Source: Nemertoderma westbladi (Eukaryota > Animalia > Xenacoelomorpha). Taken from it: 55,448 bases of DNA. The stretch spans positions 1 through 55,448 of the forward strand of contig JAUCBJ010001747.1 of assembly GCA_032718475.1 (NCBI GenBank), given 5' to 3'. The notes under the pieces are model-generated. The model searched no databases, was not told the DNA's origin, and worked only from the letters and a program-made list of their open reading frames with translations. Shown piece after piece: positions 47,739 to 55,448 of this stretch (position 1 is its first letter; each line of letters opens with the position of its first letter). The position numbers were made by a program, and so were the translations under genes.

Positions 47739-48886
47739 ACCTTTAATGTGTCGAAAGTTCCCCCCCCCCCTTATCTGAAAAAAAAACACTATAAACTAAT
47801 CAGCTGTCATGTGTACAGTAATTTGATTCAGGTGGTAGTGCGGTGTCATAGCCCATTTTATATAGGTTGGTAATTCACAAAAATTACTAAACGGGTCAAG
47901 TCAATTGAGCAATGGGTCCGGTCAGTGGTCAATGGGTCTATTTCAGAACGAAATTCTGTATTATTTGAAATCCGCAATGTAATCTTACCATCGGAAGCAA
48001 CGAATCGCTCTGAGCTTAAGGACTAACTGCGCAGTACGACTGATGAAATATCGTCATAGGCATATTTCTCTAAAGCTTGAGAAGCTAAAGATTCAAAACG
48101 AAAATAAATATGTTAACCCAGTAAGGAGGAGGGAGGTGATATTACCATCTCAATATTTCAAATCTCAATGCTTCTCAATAACATTTGTAGAAAAATTATA
48201 GGAAAGGTGGTAGGCCTACCTGAATAAACTCACTATATTCCAGGATGTGTGTTCACAGGTTATAATAAATAGGCCTGGCCATATAATTCTACCACGCAGC
48301 CTAAGTTCTACTCCACAATTTGAACTTCCACAACATCAGCTGATAATCTTATATAGAATAGAGTACCTAGCAACGAACCAAACTGTCATACTATCATTAA
48401 GACTACTGTATAAGTACCGGTACCATGACTTATATACAGTAGTAGACCATGCCAGTATTTGCCTTCCACCGTATATTGAAGTGTAATTCCGGACGGAAGG
48501 TACAGACAGGCCTACCCCTTTAAAAACTTCAAGTTTGAGTTATCGAGATCGAGTTACACAGTTTGAATTGTTACTGAACCAGTCGTTCGGCATCCTTTGG
48601 CGGTCTCATCTGCTCATGGAGAGAATAAAGCATGGTCAGAATTCCATTACTTTTTTTGAGATGCCTCTTACCAGTTTGCAGTTGGGCCTTGAGGCGGGAC
48701 AATTTTTTCGATAATCCGACGTTCAGTAGCATTTATAGAATAAAATAAAATAAAAATCTACAGTATAATGCAGCTGCTGCATTATACTGTAGATAGAATG
48801 AAGTTCATAAATACCTAACTACAGCAATTATTTCATAATGCTTTAATTTATTGGGCTAATTATATTTCGTTGCTCGTACGAATTAA

Positions 48887-50483
<1,597 letters not shown>

Positions 50484-50522
50484 TGAAAAGATCCGACGAG
50501 TGTTGTGTTGCCATTCTTGGGA

Positions 50523-50727
50523 AGGGAGACTTGACTTTAGGGGAGACTTGCTTTTTTTTAATAACTCAAAAACTATTGTAAATTATTTAACAATATCACA
50601 CAAAAATGTGTAAAATACATGTCGGCTACACCCGCGCAACAATGTTTTATTATCTTTTGGTTATTTTTTGTTTTATTGTCAATAAACGTTTTCTGGGTTC
50701 AAAAGTAAATTTTTGCCCTATACAACG
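50523..50727 (+). mobile_element. Partial copy of the MITE at 52023-53241, cut by an LTR
   Basis: Near-identical to ~52032-52236 up to tacaacg. Confidence 0.85.
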
Positions 50728-51480
50728 TGTTCGCGCTTTTAGACCTTTAGCAGTTTAACCTGCCAATTTTAGTTGTCCTCTTGTTTATAAATCGACTTTA
50801 GCCTTTACCAATTACCTGGTGTACTGAAGTTACATCAGCCGAAGCCAGTCCGTGCGCGGCGTATGACCCACGGTGTGAGAGACTGGATTCGGATTCCTTG
50901 GGAGTTATTGCAGTGTAGACCTACTGTATTATTCGATTGATCGGTACTATATAATCTCTGACAACTATATTTACTTTCGGGGAAATATTAACAGTTCCTT
51001 TAGGACGTGGCGCTTTAAGTATAAAAACAGAGTTATGACTTATACTAATCACAACTAGATGGCCACAGAGTTTCGTAAATAGCGCATTCTTTAGGAGATG
51101 CTTTATTAACCTTCACACGACTTCACACTACTTTACACTAGTTCGCACTAATCTGCCGACCGTCACTGAATTTGATCATATATAAGGAGGATTGCAACTG
51201 ACACACGTAGGGATTATGAAATAGCATTTAATTCACACAAAACCACTATAATTTAAGTCGCAGTTGCTACCGGTAAACTCTATTCCTCTTACCTCAGTCA
51301 TCAAGAAGATTGAGGGGTTTATGATTATTTATCGGTATTCTCCAAATATAACATCAATATCCATTAATATAACAACAATTAATACTATAACAGAAGTAAA
51401 ATAATGCGGTGAACAGTCAGTATGTGTTAGATAGTAAACAAAGATGAAATGAGTATGAAATAAGCAATGTTACGAGAGGT
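50728..51480 (-). mobile_element. Truncated LTR of a third member of the same BEL/Pao group
   Basis: Starts TGTTCGCGC (reverse complement of the LTR end GCGCGAACA) and shares the 31-bp block agcgccacgtcctaaaggaactgttaatatt. The distal boundary is approximate; no LTR 5' end found. Confidence 0.85.
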
Positions 51481-52022
51481 GGTGTTTCAGGGTGTTTCAG
51501 GGTGTTTCAGGGTGCGTTCTGAAAAGAATTGGCGACGGGGGAACGGTTTTTATCAAGGGTATGGGCCCATGTGAAGAATACCAGACTTTCTGCCGTTATA
51601 TTTTACTTTGCAGTTACCCCCATATGAAGAATACCAGGTTTTCACCAAAAACACAGGTTACAGAAAGGGCCGAATCTAACCAAAACAATAAACGAATTAG
51701 TATATGTACAGGTTATATAAGACAGAAATAAGCGCTATAAAACACTTAATAAAGATAAATTAAAAAAAAATTAAAATCTTCATATATAAAATTCCAATAA
51801 AAAGTCGACCGAAAAGTGAAATCGGTATTCTTGGCATGGGCGAGGGTATGGATTTACCATAGACTGATAGAGCCCGAAATTATATGATTCTTATATTCGC
51901 TTTATATTAGAAAGAAATAAAAATCAGTTTATACTGTAAGTAGGTACTACGTTCTACTTTAGGGCCTTTAGGCCTTCTACATACTGTGGACCGGTTCCGG
52001 TATACGCCTATGCTATACGGTA

Positions 52023-53241
52023 GGGTGAGTGAGGGAGACTTGACTTTAGGGGAGACTTGATTTTTTTTAATAACTCAAAAACTATTGTAAATTATTTAAC
52101 AATATCACACAAAAATGTGTAAAATACATGTTGGCTACACCCGCGCAACAATGTTTTATTACCTTTTGGTTATTTTTTGTTTTATTGTCAATAAACGTTT
52201 TCTGGGTTCAAAAGTAAATTTTTGCCCTTTACAACGAATGAAAATTCGCATCCTTATTTTACTGTATGTTAATTGTAATTCACAACATGTGTTGACTAAA
52301 TATTGCACTATACTGCCATATATTGTTTTCCAGTTTTGCTTCAGCCGTTTTGAAATTATATCAATTAATAGAAAAAAAGCCCATGTGGGTGGACTTGACG
52401 TCCGAGTGTAAGGGAGACTTGAACACGCCAATGCTTACGTCTACCTAGAGATACACCCACGTAGAGAACCATTACACCAGGCCACTCCAACTAGTTGATT
52501 GGCACTTACACCGACGCAGCTATCAATGGATGGCTATGCTTCATGCAGTAGGAGTAGCCCCTCTCTAGACTAAACCAAACCCAGCCAAGCCAACCAACAA
52601 TCTCTTCCTTCCCTCTTTGCAATGTGGTAGCCCACCAACTTGGTGATTGACAACTTAAACAAGATGCCGCTACGTCAGAAAGCGGCACACATCAATAGAA
52701 TTACAGGAAAACAATTAAAATGGTCCTGGATTGAAAATTATACAAGATGTTTATTATTAAAAAGTACCTTTCCGCGTTAAATTTTATTGCGGTTTTAATG
52801 AACTATTATTTATTTATTTCTTGTTAGGAGAACCATGTGAACGACCACCTAAATTTGTACAAAATTTGGGATAATAATTTGACAAATTAATAATCGTATT
52901 TTTTGCATTTTTGCTGCTCTACTATAAAATAGACATGTTGAACATGTAATTATTACACTTCTTATGCATTTTTGAACGAATTTACAAGAATGTGAGGTGG
53001 GGTTCAAGTCTCCCACCCTAGGTGTCAAGTCTCCCCCCATTGAGGGAGACTTGACGCTTTTTCGAAAATACGAATAATTGGTTTAATTAAAACAGTTTTA
53101 AGAGTTGAAATTCTCAAACTCTCACATTATGATAGCAATCATAAATGTATTGTGAAAAAGTTAAAACGGCATTAAAAAATTCATTTGTCTGTTCTTTAGA
53201 GCGATTATAACTTTTAGGGTTCAAGTCTCCCTCACTCACCC
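52023..53241. mobile_element. TA-flanked MITE (Tc1/mariner-pogo type)
   Basis: TA|GGGTGAGTGAGGGAGACTTGA ... TCAAGTCTCCCTCACTCACCC|TA, with internal repeats of gggagacttga. Confidence 0.85.
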
Positions 53242-53278
53242 TACAGATCATGTACAGATCTCTTGCAATCCTTACACA

Positions 53279-54541
53279 GGTGTTCGTACACTTCCCCCCC
53301 CCCGGACACTTCCCCCCCGGACAGTTCCCCCCCGCTCAAGTAGGACACTTCCCCCCCCGGACACTTCCCCCCCAGACACTCCCCCCCCCCCCCGCGGACA
53401 CTTCCCCCCCGACTGTTCTTAACTTCGCACATTCGTATTTTTCAGTTTGTAAGGTAAACGGACCGCTTGTATCCAGATAAGTTGTATCCAATTTTCCTTT
53501 CGTAGCTCATAAAGTGATCTTTGCATCCCGATTTTACATTTTATATCCAAGTTTTATTTATGGGTTTTATCAATGCAATTACATTGTATTGTTTGCCAAT
53601 CTTTAAACAATTAATTATATTAGATGACCTATAAATTCCATCCCCGGAATGATATACTGTTTTTATTAACTATAGAATTATAATAATTAATTGTTTTAAT
53701 TATAGGTATTATTATGTAATAGTCTTCTTCAAATTGTAGCAGATGGGGATGAATATTATTGTTGCAATCAAAATTATACCTCTCCATGGTAAAATCGACA
53801 TGCGTCGACCTGTATTCTGTGTTCAGCATTACATATTGATACATATATTACTACTATACATACTATATAGATATTATAAACACTACATATTAAATTTCCT
53901 GGTTACTTGCAATATTTTTAATAGGATTTTGTTGAATTATATAATATTGTAGTAATTTATATATTAAATTGGTTAACATTCAATACAGCTCCTACTTTAG
54001 GCTTAGTCAATTTATTATCTGATGATACAAACATGAATTAATTATTTCAAAGTGGTCTTAAGTCTTTCACCACGGGCACTCTGGGAAATGCCGGGGTCTG
54101 GGGGCGATAACCCCCAATAAAAGAAGCGGGGTTTGGGGGCGGCAGCCCCCAAGAAAAGAAGCGGGGGTTTGGGGGCGGTAGCCCCCAACAAAAGAAGGGG
54201 GTGTTTGGGGGCAGCAGCCCCCAATTAAAAGAAATTAAAAGAATTAAAGGAATTAAAAGAAAAACAAACAAAATTTGACTATAAAAATGTTTCTTTTATA
54301 ATTTTGAAAAAACTTGTCTAGATACAACTTGTCCTGTAACCATCTTTAACTTTTGTTTATTGCTTTGATGCACCCAGATTAATTTCAACACTTTAACTGG
54401 GGGGGAAGTGTCCGGGGGGCAAGTGTCCGGGGGGGAAGTGTCCTACTTGGGTGGGGGGAAGTGTCCGGGGGGGAAGTGTCCTACTTGGGTGGGGGGAAGT
54501 GTCCGGGGGGGAAGTGTCCGGGGGGGAAGTGTCCTAGATCC
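53279..54541. mobile_element. Foldback/Mutator-like element with repetitive TIRs
   Basis: Left arm of ggacacttccccccc repeats, right arm of gggggggaagtgtcc repeats; TSD CTTACACA at 53271-53278 and 54542-54549; internal ~36-bp gggggc..cagccccc repeats at ~54090-54225. Confidence 0.8.
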
Positions 54542-55448
54542 CTTACACAATATCATGGTCTATCTGGCAGTCCTACTCTTGGCCACTGGGTCCAGTATCT
54601 GTTCATAGCGTTCCAATTCGCTTCTTGAACTGGGTTCCAGCCGATAACAGACCATTTATATAGATGAAATCCTGAAGACTTTCGGTTCAACTTATACACT
54701 ACAGTACCTACAATTGATCTACAGCAATGTTAGGTATCGATGCAGACAGGTATTAAAGCTCTTCCTCTTCTGGGGCAACACTAGTGGGTGAATTAAATAG
54801 CACACGATCAAAACCTCCTTAGGAAACTGTTTAATATCGTTCATTCATTACATGAGAAGTGGCAACGGTTGACGCTGTAGGAGATTTGGTTTATTTTATT
54901 TTTGAATTGAAGCGACAGGCGTTAGTCGGCGGGGTGATCAAATTATTAATAAGTGGTTTGTGGATATGGGGGGCAAGAGGGGTCTATCACTGACAATGAA
55001 AACATTCGGTGTATGTTTAGTAACGTTTCGCCCTTCCGGCTTATTTCAGACTCTTCAATAGACAATAATCTATACAAATCAACAAACAATTATACCAAAG
55101 AGGACATGTTCCGGTATATATACTGTATGTTATGTCAAACAAACGGTAACCGGTAGCATACAATATTACAAATTGGGGTGTCGTTTCAGCCTATTTTAAC
55201 ATATTAACTTAATTTCGCGAATATTTAATTTCGATATTCGCAATTTAAGGTACCTTTTGAACTAAAGTAACAAGTTATAATAGCAGGCTTGTCTAACCAA
55301 AACAATAAACTAACCTAAATAAACTAACTAACACAGTTTACTGTAAAAATTTAACTTCTAGGCATTAATTTTTCAATGTTAATTTAACATTATAACCATA
55401 TGAGAAGGCTGAAACGACACCACAATGGGCTTTTGGCTAACCGGTAGT

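Noticed and set aside
53241-54608. Gly/Pro-rich ORFs
   Set aside because: Translations of the repetitive TIR arms of a foldback element.

Overview
AT-rich, intron-containing animal (invertebrate-like) genomic DNA, mostly transposon-derived. Host genes: the 3' part of a multi-saposin prosaposin gene (+, 12 exons, 166-9091); an unidentified 5-exon gene I reconstructed from splice phases (+, 24276-27803, 251 aa); an intronless coatomer delta (delta-COP) CDS (-, 29567-31120); and the first two coding exons of a class I ARF GTPase carrying Pro at the catalytic Gln71 position (+, 48911-50222). There are two related BEL/Pao LTR elements with 5-bp TSDs (9630-17651; 35932-47738) and a third LTR fragment. 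Both elements keep an open Gag-protease ORF but lack RT, most of RNase H and integrase, and both have a decayed extra ORF at the env position (three CCHC knuckles in element 1). The element with an intact 5' LTR has no tRNA primer-binding site; a 12-nt complement of its own LTR sits there instead. The rest includes LINE fragments, several TIR elements/MITEs (some nested) and tandem arrays. Most striking: three arrays (possibly four) are tandem amplifications of host exon-intron junctions, and in those three every decoy splice site leads to an in-frame stop. All calls are by eye; no searches were run.
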